Below, piece after piece: positions 25,116 through 33,598 of a stretch of DNA of 47,334 bases. The notes under the pieces were generated by a model, which made no database searches, had not been told where the DNA came from, and worked only from the letters and a program-made list of their open reading frames with translations. The stretch covers positions 2,535-49,868 of the forward strand of contig CAZHMI010000001.1 of NCBI GenBank assembly GCA_964533795.1. The letters run 5' to 3'. The DNA comes from an uncultured Candidatus Bathyarchaeia archaeon (GTDB lineage: Archaea > Thermoproteota > Bathyarchaeia > 40CM-2-53-6 > CAYOZM01). The first letter of the stretch is position 1. Every line of letters begins with the position of its first letter. The translations under genes were made by a program, and so were the position numbers.

Positions 25116-26375
25116 ATGCTCACCAAGAACAGGGACTATATGGCAGAACCAATCCTGGATTGGATACTTAACGGAATCCCTGAACCAGTAAACGTGAAAC
25201 TTTTCGACGATGTTGCGTTCATCTACGAGGCACAGCTAGCTAAGATGGAACTGTTCTCTTGGTGGCAAGATCTCGATGAATTTCAGAAGAGAGCTGCCTA
25301 CTATGAAGAAGTAAATGGCCAGAAAACCTATCACTACTATATTTCAGACATTAAGGGTAAGGATCAAATCGGTCGGTCAAACCAGTACTTGACTCATTGG
25401 TACTACCCATACAAGGCGAAGTTTCATCCCCAGATGATAAAGGCCCTAATAAACTGGATGGCTCTCAAAAAAGGCCAAAAATTGCTAGACCCGTTCGTCG
25501 GTTCAGGTACAGCGCTGATTGAGGCGAAACTCATAGGCGTTGACAGTATTGGAATCGACATCGACCCATTCTGTGTGTTCATGAGCAAAGTCAAAACAGA
25601 CCTTCTGGACTTGAGACCTGAACAACTTGACGCCTTAGATTTTCAAACCGCATTCAACCACTTCAAAACGTTCAAGGGAAAATCATCTCAAGTCGGACTA
25701 ACAAAGTTCATAGAGGCTAACGCCACATCAAAGTCTCCGTTCTTCGGAATGGATGAGAGAATTCATGACTTCTTCCTCCTAAGCTATCTCTATGCGCTCT
25801 CCGATTACACTTATGTTAAGCGAGACATGTGGGAAGGATTTCACCAGAACACCAGCCAAATCATGAAATCAATCCGCAGATTCGATGAACTAAAGCAACA
25901 GCTTGACCTAAAGATGGGGAAAGTAGAGGTCGAGCATGGAGATGCAAGATTCCTTGAACAAAAAGGGATTCAAAGAGAAAGCATCGATGGCATAGTAACA
26001 AGCCCTCCATATAGCATCGCGGTAGACTACATTGCGATGGACCTTCACACCTTCAAATACCTAGGAATAGAACCCCAAGGTCTCCAAGACAAACTGGTCG
26101 GTCTCAAAGGAAAGCATGAGGAGAGGGTTCGTATTTATTTTGAGGACATGGAACTAGCTTTTCAAAGTATGTTCAACGTCCTAAAGCCCAAAGCGCGGTG
26201 CGCCGTCGTTATTGGTGACGTAACTTTCGAAGGAAAGAAACTACCGATCACTCAACGATTCATCGACATTGCCGAGAAGATTGGCTTCAAACTGGTGAAC
26301 GTCATACGCCGGCCTATTCTCGGAGGTTTTGCACGGCTGAGATACGAGTACATGATACTTTTGCAGAAGCCCTAG
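25116..26375 (+). CDS. DNA methyltransferase (N6-adenine or N4-cytosine), motif I before motif IV
   Basis: Motif I LLDPFVGSGTALIEA...GIDID. Motif IV IVTSPPYS about 170 aa downstream. Confidence 0.8.
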   Translation: MLTKNRDYMAEPILDWILNGIPEPVNVKLFDDVAFIYEAQLAKMELFSWWQDLDEFQKRAAYYEEVNGQKTYHYYISDIKGKDQIGRSNQYLTHWYYPYKAKFHPQMIKALINWMALKKGQKLLDPFVGSGTALIEAKLIGVDSIGIDIDPFCVFMSKVKTDLLDLRPEQLDALDFQTAFNHFKTFKGKSSQVGLTKFIEANATSKSPFFGMDERIHDFFLLSYLYALSDYTYVKRDMWEGFHQNTSQIMKSIRRFDELKQQLDLKMGKVEVEHGDARFLEQKGIQRESIDGIVTSPPYSIAVDYIAMDLHTFKYLGIEPQGLQDKLVGLKGKHEERVRIYFEDMELAFQSMFNVLKPKARCAVVIGDVTFEGKKLPITQRFIDIAEKIGFKLVNVIRRPILGGFARLRYEYMILLQKP

Positions 26376-27142
26376 TCAAGCCTCCGCTGACCTTTCTTCT
26401 CCTTTGTCCAAGTATCTCGCGCTTTTCCCGCCACCTTGAGAATCTCTTCAAAAGCCCCATTTCCTCCGATCATGTCCCACAGAGCCTTACCGATTAGAAC
26501 CTCTCTTTCTAAGTCCATTATCCGTTTGGTGAATCCCCATCGGTATTCTTTTCCTTCGCCATACGGATTGTATGGCAATCCGAAGAAAGCTTGACCCTTC
26601 TTATTCTCCTCGAACATCATAGCTAGGAATGTAAGCATCTTCCGTTTAGATTCATCACAGACATCCAAGTTAGGCAAGGGACTCTTGATTTCAAGGAACA
26701 GAGGCCCCTGTTGATGATCTCCGATGTATAGGTCAGCGATAGTCCTTGTCAGTTGCCTACTGTTGCTCCTAACCTTCAGGATTTCATCGAGCTCACGTTC
26801 ACGGTCAGGCCTTCTTCGGTTGCCTCTCAAATCATCAACGATCTTATTGATGGCATTCATCTTGGCCGATTCGATTTCTCTCTCAATCTGATGCTCGCGT
26901 CGCACATCTCTATAACGTTCTTTGGCGACGATTTCAGCCAAAGGCGGATAGAACATTACTCCAATCCTTGTGACGATTGAACGCTCCTGTTTGGCATAAG
27001 GTAGAACCTCTTCAGGAAAGAAGATAGCGTGAAATGGATAGAGTTTCCTAAGTTCTTCAATCGAGTACTTAGCAAGAGAAGCGATTTCATCAAGGACTCT
27101 GAAGGTAAGTTTAGTGATTTGCTCCTCAGTCTCACGCTTCAC
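26372..27142 (-). CDS. putative type II restriction endonuclease, PD-(D/E)xK fold (TdeIII-like by memory)
   Basis: IADLYIGDHQQGPLFLEIKSPLPNLD gives a D...E-x-K arrangement. Convergent with and overlapping the MTase 3' end. Confidence 0.55.
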   Translation of the reverse strand: MKRETEEQITKLTFRVLDEIASLAKYSIEELRKLYPFHAIFFPEEVLPYAKQERSIVTRIGVMFYPPLAEIVAKERYRDVRREHQIEREIESAKMNAINKIVDDLRGNRRRPDRERELDEILKVRSNSRQLTRTIADLYIGDHQQGPLFLEIKSPLPNLDVCDESKRKMLTFLAMMFEENKKGQAFFGLPYNPYGEGKEYRWGFTKRIMDLEREVLIGKALWDMIGGNGAFEEILKVAGKARDTWTKEKKGQRRLD

Positions 27143-27178
27143 GATGTCTCACTCTCTAGGCCGGTAGACCCAGATTCA

Positions 27179-27503
27179 CTAACTTCTTGCTGACCTTAGT
27201 TTTCCTCCGCAGATAGGGCAGATCTCACCCACAGCTTTCTTGTCTTCGTCGCGTAGGTACGCTAGCTTCTTGAAGCTTCTGGAGTAGGCTACGGACAAAG
27301 TCGCTCGTAGAGTCGCGTAAGGTAACGTTTCGAAAGGCGAAGATTGAAGTTCTCGCTCAAATCGTTCAGATTGCTCTCAACCATCCAATTCACGTCGCAC
27401 AGGGCGATACGCCCTCACTCTGCGCATGAAACGCTTTGCCTACTCTTATATTGAATTCAGCCGGCTTTAAAGTTTGAACGCTGTAGACGCATAGCTTTTG
27501 CAT
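27179..27503 (-). pseudogene. degraded small ORF with C-terminal CPICG zinc-ribbon-like end (needs two frameshifts)
   Basis: Three frame pieces: MQKLCVYSVQTLKPAEFNIRVGKAFHAQSEGVSPCAT*, LCDVNWMVESNLNDLSENFNLRLSKRYLTRLYERLCP*, and ...SVAYSRSFKKLAYLRDEDKKAVGEICPICGGKLRSARS*. Ends 36 nt upstream of the REase start. Confidence 0.25.
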
Positions 27504-27765
27504 AATGCCAGCGATTCGATCCCAGGCCTAGCGGATAGGAGGACCTTCTCACGGCAAAGAATCGTCTAGGTACATCATATGGAGAAAGAGGAAAGCTTCA
27601 ACGCCCGAAACTCGAAGAACTGGAAAAGATTTTCAACGAAGTTCTTGAAACAACACTGCTTGATGATCTCAAGCATCACCTTAGACGCATTTCTTAGCAA
27701 CATTATCTCATTGAAAACTCCAGCCTCCGGGATACCCGGGGGCCCCCTTCCTAGGGGTTCGGCGC

Positions 27766-27795
27766 TTTTCAATTCTATTGTAGACTGACTGAAAT
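27766..27795 (-). repeat. diverged second copy of the CRISPR-repeat-like 30-mer
   Basis: TTTTCAATTCTATTGTAGACTGACTGAAAT matches 23753-23782 at 22 of 30 positions in the same orientation (hand count). The inner TCTA-N3-TAGA stem is kept while its loop differs. Flanked by inverted CCTAGGGG (27750-27757) and CCCCTAGG (27819-27826). Confidence 0.45.
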
Positions 27796-27982
27796 GAACT
27801 CTGAAATTATTGCAGCCACCCCTAGGTGAAGTGGGGATCTCGTCCTTGACCTTCTTCTTCCTCTTGTCCAAACGCTGCATCTTTATTTATGCTAGGTAAT
27901 AGTCGATGAAACTGACGAACCGGAGTTGATGCGTTTCAGCGCACAGACTTGTTTGTTTTCGAATGCCGCCTTGTTGACAATG

Positions 27983-29089
27983 CTACCTTATCATTTTACA
28001 CCAGTGTTTTGTGAGCGGTTCACATCCTTCTTTGCGTATCAGGAAGGTATCTTCACATTTGACCGAGCCTACGTTCGGTATTGTCAACGGAACATGCACA
28101 GCAGCCAAAACCATGTTCTCAGCAACCATATACCTTCTATGAGGTACGACGATCGTCGTTATCGGGTCCTCCTCAGTAAGCAGACCGACGCCGTGCGTAA
28201 AACCCCAAGAATAGTATGCGCCGTACCCTGACCCCTCCATAAGTTCATGTATCTTCTTCTCTATCTCCGCCAGCTCTACGCCAGGCTTCAGCTCTTCCTC
28301 CGCCAGATGCCTAGCCTTCTCCACAACCTCAAACGCCCTCTTCTTCTTGCTTGAAGTTTCGCTGAAGAACATGGTTCTAGAGACGTTGCTGAAATAGTTG
28401 TTATAGTCAGCTCCAATGACTATGCTGACGCAATCTCCTCTACTAACCTTCACATCGCCTCTCGGCTCAGCGTGTTTTCTAGGCTTCGGGCCGACGTTCA
28501 CATAGACTAAAGGATGTTCTGCCCCCAGCTTCATTAACCTGTAAACCGGCTCAGCCGCGATCTCCAACTCGCTCCTGCCGGAATCCACGCTGTTCACAGC
28601 GGCTTCCATCCCTAGGTCCACAATCTCAGAAGCTCTCCGAATACATTCGATCTCCTGCGCATCCTTGATCATCCTCAACTTCATAATCAACGCATGAACA
28701 TCGCGAACCTCAACGCTCGGATTCAGCGTTTTAAACAGTTCGAAGAAGAGCACGTACGAATCCCTTTCGACGCTATAATCAAAACCAGCAACCTTGTAGC
28801 CGGCCTTCCGAATCATTCCACTGATTCCTTTCATCAAATCCTCAGTCTTCATCCACCGCTCAATACCCTTCACCCAACATCTTGAAGCAAACTCATCCGC
28901 CTCATGCTGAAAAATGAAGCCTGTAGGCTCTCCTTCAGCCGGAATCAGTAGAGCGGGCCTCAGCCACTTGATACCAGTGAAGTATATGAATGATGAAAGG
29001 GTTCGAATTACAGCGACATCAATCCCGTTAGCCTTCATCAACGACTGAAAATTCCTTACGCGATTTCTAAGTTGAGCCTCAGTGAACAT
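27983..29089 (-). CDS. M24-family Xaa-Pro aminopeptidase/prolidase
   Basis: Creatinase-like N-domain followed by a pita-bread domain. GADYNNYFSNVSRT, GFTHGVGL and EDTFLI motifs. Confidence 0.8.
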   Translation of the reverse strand: MFTEAQLRNRVRNFQSLMKANGIDVAVIRTLSSFIYFTGIKWLRPALLIPAEGEPTGFIFQHEADEFASRCWVKGIERWMKTEDLMKGISGMIRKAGYKVAGFDYSVERDSYVLFFELFKTLNPSVEVRDVHALIMKLRMIKDAQEIECIRRASEIVDLGMEAAVNSVDSGRSELEIAAEPVYRLMKLGAEHPLVYVNVGPKPRKHAEPRGDVKVSRGDCVSIVIGADYNNYFSNVSRTMFFSETSSKKKRAFEVVEKARHLAEEELKPGVELAEIEKKIHELMEGSGYGAYYSWGFTHGVGLLTEEDPITTIVVPHRRYMVAENMVLAAVHVPLTIPNVGSVKCEDTFLIRKEGCEPLTKHWCKMIR

Positions 29090-29205
29090 GCAGAGCCACC
29101 CGAGCCTTTAGGTAACTACGTCAAGAAAATATGAGCTTAACGCGAAAAACTGAAGCGGCTCAACGATAATTGACGAAAAGGCATGACGCTTGAATTGATT
29201 TTATC

Positions 29206-30612
29206 CTATTTCGAGCCTTTCTCTCTCTTCTCAATCTCCTTCGCGGCAACAACCCCTGACACAGAAGCTTGAATAAGTCCTCTAGTTACCCCAGCTCCAT
29301 CACCCACAGCGAATAGATTATGGATCTTCGTTTCAAGCGTATTGCTCAATTCAAGTTTCGATGAATAGAACTTAACCTCAACACCGTACAGCAATGTGTG
29401 CTTCGAATATATCCCCGGCGAAACTTGGTCCATCGCTCTCAGCATCTCACGAATGTCGGATAGGTATCTGTAGGGCAGAACAAAGCTCAAGTCTCCAGGC
29501 GTAGCTGTCTTCAAAGTCGGAATAACCACGTTCCTAGCTATCCTCTCATGCGTAGACCTCCGCCCACCCTCAAGATCTCCGACTCTTTGAACGATTATCC
29601 CACCGCCAAGCAGATTCGCCAACCTAGCAATATACTTGCCATACGCTATAGGCTCCTTGAACGGCTCAGTGAAAGACGTGCTGACGAGGATCGCGAAGTT
29701 CGTGTTTCCACTCTTCGTCTCCGCGTAACTTTGACCGTTCACCGTTATAACATCATTATAGGATTCAGTGATGACTTCCCCCCTCGGACAGACGCAGAAG
29801 ATACGAACCTTATCATCAAAGAATTTCGAGAAGAAGACGAACTTAGGCTCATAAAGGATTTGAGTAATCTCCTCCATCACAGGCGCTGAAACTTCAACTC
29901 TAACTCCGACATCAACAGGATTACTCAAAGTTTTCAGCCCAAGTCTCTTCGCTTCTCCAGCCAACCATTCAGCTCCAACCCTTCCAGGCGTAGCGATGAC
30001 GTACTTCGCATGTATCTCTCCATCGCCTGCCGTCACGCCCGTCACTCGGCCGCCCTCAACGAGGAAGCTCTTCACTTCACTATCCGTTCTGATCTCAACT
30101 TTCCTCTCAAGCGAATGTTTCACGCGCTTAAGAATCTGAACGCACTCCTCAGTTCCGAGATGACGCAACTTCTCGCGGACAAGCTTCAATCCAGCCAGCG
30201 CGGCTTTCCTCTCAATTTCCTCAACCTTGTCAAGATCCGTGCCGTACAACTTCTCAGGCGCGCCGAATTTCAAGTAGACCTTATCCACGTAATCGATAAG
30301 ACCATTCAACTCCTTCCCGTCGAGATACTCATTAAGCCATCCGCCAACCTCAGAAGAAAGCGTAAGCTTTCCGTCACTGAAAGCTCCGGCTCCACCCCAA
30401 CCGCTAAGAAGAGAGCATGGAATGCAGCGTACACAGCCAATGCCGCGGCTTGTCGGGCACTTTCGCTTATCGATATCAGGTCCTTTATCTAGCATCAATA
30501 CCTTCAGATCAGTCTTCTCAGACAACTCGTAAGCAGCAAAGATTCCAGCCGGTCCGCAGCCCACAACGACTACATCGTAAGGTTCGCGGTTTCTCGGGTT
30601 TTGGATATTCAT
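29206..30612 (-). CDS. FAD-dependent oxidoreductase (COG2509-like uncharacterised dehydrogenase)
   Basis: N-terminal YDVVVVGCGPAGIFAAYELSE dinucleotide fold. C-terminal FAVGDGAGVTRG. Confidence 0.7.
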   Translation of the reverse strand: MNIQNPRNREPYDVVVVGCGPAGIFAAYELSEKTDLKVLMLDKGPDIDKRKCPTSRGIGCVRCIPCSLLSGWGGAGAFSDGKLTLSSEVGGWLNEYLDGKELNGLIDYVDKVYLKFGAPEKLYGTDLDKVEEIERKAALAGLKLVREKLRHLGTEECVQILKRVKHSLERKVEIRTDSEVKSFLVEGGRVTGVTAGDGEIHAKYVIATPGRVGAEWLAGEAKRLGLKTLSNPVDVGVRVEVSAPVMEEITQILYEPKFVFFSKFFDDKVRIFCVCPRGEVITESYNDVITVNGQSYAETKSGNTNFAILVSTSFTEPFKEPIAYGKYIARLANLLGGGIIVQRVGDLEGGRRSTHERIARNVVIPTLKTATPGDLSFVLPYRYLSDIREMLRAMDQVSPGIYSKHTLLYGVEVKFYSSKLELSNTLETKIHNLFAVGDGAGVTRGLIQASVSGVVAAKEIEKREKGSK

Positions 30613-30714
30613 TCACCCTTCTATACCGTGATTCTCCCATTTTTACATGTTTTGGTTTAGATACCTACCTTACCCTGCCCCACTTTACCTTCTCCTGTGC
30701 CGTAAGTCTCTTAT

Positions 30715-30768
30715 CGTATACCGACAGGATACCATTGGGTTTCAGAAAGCATGCATCGGGTATACCGA
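30715..30768. promoter_or_regulatory. two copies of GTATACCGA in a divergent promoter region, with GCATGC between them
   Basis: CGTATACCGA at 30715-30724 and GGTATACCGA at 30759-30768, between the FAD oxidoreductase start (30612) and the small ORF at 30810. Confidence 0.3.
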
Positions 30769-30809
30769 AGGCTCTGGTGGACTTTTTGGTAAAGAAGAAA
30801 GCCCATGTA

Positions 30810-31046
30810 ATGAAGTTAAGCGAGCTGGAGCTAGCGACCGTCAAAGCGGCTAGAGACATCGCCCAAGAACTTATTCCAGTCTCCATAGACTTGGGCACGA
30901 CCGCAGCGCTTGGAACAATAGTTCTGTTAAGAGATATTCTACGAATTGAGGTTGAACTCCTGAGGAGGCGGGAGATTCAGCCCTACCTAAATCTGATTCA
31001 ACTTCTTGGTGAAGCTGCTAGAAGGAAAGAGAGAGAAACTTCTTGA
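30810..31046 (+). CDS. hypothetical 78-aa protein, 4-nt overlap with the surface-protein gene
   Basis: ATG at 30810 within the longer ORF 30417..31046. Its stop TGA overlaps the TTG start of the next gene. Confidence 0.35.
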   Translation: MKLSELELATVKAARDIAQELIPVSIDLGTTAALGTIVLLRDILRIEVELLRRREIQPYLNLIQLLGEAARRKERETS

Positions 31047-33589
31047 AAACCGATATCAGGCTAACAGCATTTCTTTTCCTGATATTGGCAGTCTCCTCTA
31101 TCCTCGTTAATGCATATGATATTCGTGTCACCGGTAATGATAGCCCCTCTAATGGCGATCATGTGGAGTTATGGCCTGGAACACATCCAGGATGGGATTA
31201 TAATTTAAGCACCCCAAATCAGATTGTAAAGATGGATTATCCTAAGAGTACGATATTCGTTGACACCGTTGGAGATCTCCTATTCAAAATAACGATCGCG
31301 GAAAAGCGTTTCGGCATTAGAATATATATTCCTCCCGAGTTCGGCGCATTCTCTCTCTACAATGTTTGGACCAGCGTGACGAATGACTACAATTCGATCT
31401 CAGTCGCCAAGCTAAGTTCTACAGATCTCATCGGTCCTGATTGGTGGTTGATTACCATTGAACCGATCGAGAATCCTAACAATAAGGTACGCATAGGCAT
31501 CCCAATACCAGCCCTCGATTCGAACAAGGATTCTCCATACACGTTTTATGTTAGAGTCTTCAACATCAAAGCGCCAAGTATCGCGGGAAGATATTTCTTC
31601 AAAATCTTTAGACTGGAGAGTAGCGGCAGTTCAGCGTACACCTCTATAGGTGCTGAGAAGTTTCCGACTCTAGTGGTTAAAGGAGAAGTTGATCCAGCCT
31701 ATATTTCCGGCACAATCTTGTACGGAGGATCTGACTACTACGGGTACTATTATGGGCGACCTATAGATGTCCATGGAAAAGTGATCGCGACAGGTATCAC
31801 TCCTGCTGGAAGATTCGTAAGAGCGCAAGCCTACTTCAACGCAACGGCTAATGGAAGATATACGCTATACGGTTTAGCTCCAGCAACATACAACATAACT
31901 GTCTCAGCAGCGGGAATGCCCCCGATCACTCTTGAAAGACCTGTCACAGTTCTCGCAGGGCAATCATTAGAAGGGGTCGACATATATCTGCATCCAGGTG
32001 CGAGGGTCAGCGGAAGAGTTTGGTCTAAGAATTGTACACTTGGAAAGAAGATACCTTGGGGCACAACATACTCAATTACAGTTACCATTTACGATGTAGG
32101 ATGGAAATCTCTTTCATATATCACAGGAACCACCGACGCTAATGCCGACAACTACAACTTCACTTTCGGTTCAGCACCATTATGGCTAGTGAATACAGAT
32201 TTCACAGGCCATATACCTCAAAACTATGCAGGATACGTTTCCGGCTTAGAACTTGGTGTATACTACGTAAACGCAACCGTAACCGACTATACACAGATGC
32301 AACTCTACACAATAGTCGTGCCAAGTTTGGAGTATACCGGCGTTATCTACGTAGAAATGGATTTGAGAAGATGCCCCAAGTATATGCCTCCTTCAAAGCC
32401 GACATATACCGGAAATTTAAACGTCACCATCTTCTCAGTTAACTGGGAGAATCCAGCTCAAAAGATACCTTGGGCATATCCTGGAAGATACGTAAAGGTC
32501 ATCGTCTATACCTTAGCCGGAGGCGTAGTATCAACCCTCATTTCAAGGCAGGTTGCGGACAGGAATTACTTAACCTTCAACTTCACAGGACTCCCAACCG
32601 GCGTTTACGCCTTGAAGGCTTTCACGCCTGGATACGTTCAATTGACAACGCCTGAAGTCGCTGTCATCGCAAGCGAGACCAACGACGAGAAAAGGACTGC
32701 TGACATATCCTTTGAACTCGTGAAAGGAGCCGCAATCTTCACAATTATAAACTTCAAGACTGAAGACTTGCTTGCACCTATAGACCTTTCAAACCACACG
32801 AGCATAAGGATAGAAGTTTACGATTCAAACGGGAAGTTCGTGGGAGTAGGTGTAGGATATGTCCCTCCGAACGTTGTACAGGTATCTTGGCCCACATACA
32901 ATTTCACAAGAGTAATCGGCTTCGACAGTTATGCCGGCAACCCTTGTAGCCGAAATTACGGAAATTGGATGAACTACTACGACACAACCGATGGAGTTCC
33001 GATAAACGATTACGGTCTGCCCGCCGGAACGTACACAGTGAAGGTTTGGGTTCCAGGATATATGCAGAGAAGCGTCGTAGCCGCCACCGTACCACTTTCC
33101 GGAAATGCAGCGGTCATTCTTGATCTCCACAGAATGGCTCATGTATACGGAAGACTTTCAGAGACGGGTGTAAGATGGTTCAACGCTTTCGGAGAACTAT
33201 ATCCGCTCTCGTGGGCTCAAATCCTAGCCATAGGACCCACAAGTAGTGTAGCATACTCCATAGATGGAGACTTTGACCTATGGCTTCCAAACGGAACATA
33301 TACGATAAGCGTAGGGATCCCGCAATATCAAGTATACCAACCACAAAGCGTGACGATCACAGTCACAGATGGATCAGAAACATCCCTAGGCTTCAACCTA
33401 GTCGAGACAGGTATTCCGATCCCAGAATTTCCAACAACTCAACTCGTGATGATTCTCATAATCGTAATATCACTGTTCTTTCTCCAAAGACAGGAAAGAA
33501 GACGGGAATTTCCTAGAAAAACCTTGACCTCAAGCACAAAAAGCGCTAATTCAAAGATTTCCAAACGGTTCTTAATTTATGATAAATGA
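31043..33589 (+). CDS. large secreted surface (S-layer-like) glycoprotein candidate with CarboxypepD_reg-like repeats and PEF-CTERM-like anchor
   Basis: Signal peptide MKTDIRLTAFLFLILAVSSILVNA. Recurrent LP.G.Y.(V/I)...PGY modules. Many N-x-S/T sequons. C-terminal IPEFPTTQLVMILIIVISLFFLQRQERRRE. Confidence 0.75.
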   Translation: MKTDIRLTAFLFLILAVSSILVNAYDIRVTGNDSPSNGDHVELWPGTHPGWDYNLSTPNQIVKMDYPKSTIFVDTVGDLLFKITIAEKRFGIRIYIPPEFGAFSLYNVWTSVTNDYNSISVAKLSSTDLIGPDWWLITIEPIENPNNKVRIGIPIPALDSNKDSPYTFYVRVFNIKAPSIAGRYFFKIFRLESSGSSAYTSIGAEKFPTLVVKGEVDPAYISGTILYGGSDYYGYYYGRPIDVHGKVIATGITPAGRFVRAQAYFNATANGRYTLYGLAPATYNITVSAAGMPPITLERPVTVLAGQSLEGVDIYLHPGARVSGRVWSKNCTLGKKIPWGTTYSITVTIYDVGWKSLSYITGTTDANADNYNFTFGSAPLWLVNTDFTGHIPQNYAGYVSGLELGVYYVNATVTDYTQMQLYTIVVPSLEYTGVIYVEMDLRRCPKYMPPSKPTYTGNLNVTIFSVNWENPAQKIPWAYPGRYVKVIVYTLAGGVVSTLISRQVADRNYLTFNFTGLPTGVYALKAFTPGYVQLTTPEVAVIASETNDEKRTADISFELVKGAAIFTIINFKTEDLLAPIDLSNHTSIRIEVYDSNGKFVGVGVGYVPPNVVQVSWPTYNFTRVIGFDSYAGNPCSRNYGNWMNYYDTTDGVPINDYGLPAGTYTVKVWVPGYMQRSVVAATVPLSGNAAVILDLHRMAHVYGRLSETGVRWFNAFGELYPLSWAQILAIGPTSSVAYSIDGDFDLWLPNGTYTISVGIPQYQVYQPQSVTITVTDGSETSLGFNLVETGIPIPEFPTTQLVMILIIVISLFFLQRQERRREFPRKTLTSSTKSANSKISKRFLIYDK

Positions 33590-33598
33590 GAACTGAGC

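Noticed and set aside
27511-27540. tRNA-like T-arm GCGATTCGATCCCAGG
   Set aside because: The flanking bases do not form a T stem or an acceptor stem.
27575-27880. ORFs 27575..27880 (-) and 27579..27788 (+)
   Set aside because: They mutually overlap, are unconvincing as proteins, and span the repeat-like element and palindromes. They are treated as non-coding island edge.
23700-27900. A bona fide CRISPR array
   Set aside because: Only two good repeat copies exist and they are 4 kb apart. The nearby look-alikes are truncated with irregular spacing (about 52-86 nt), and no cas genes are present. They are reported as solitary or decayed repeats instead.
30417-30809. The 5' part of ORF 30417..31046
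   Set aside because: It overlaps the FAD oxidoreductase gene and the promoter region antisense. Only the distal part from ATG 30810 is plausible.
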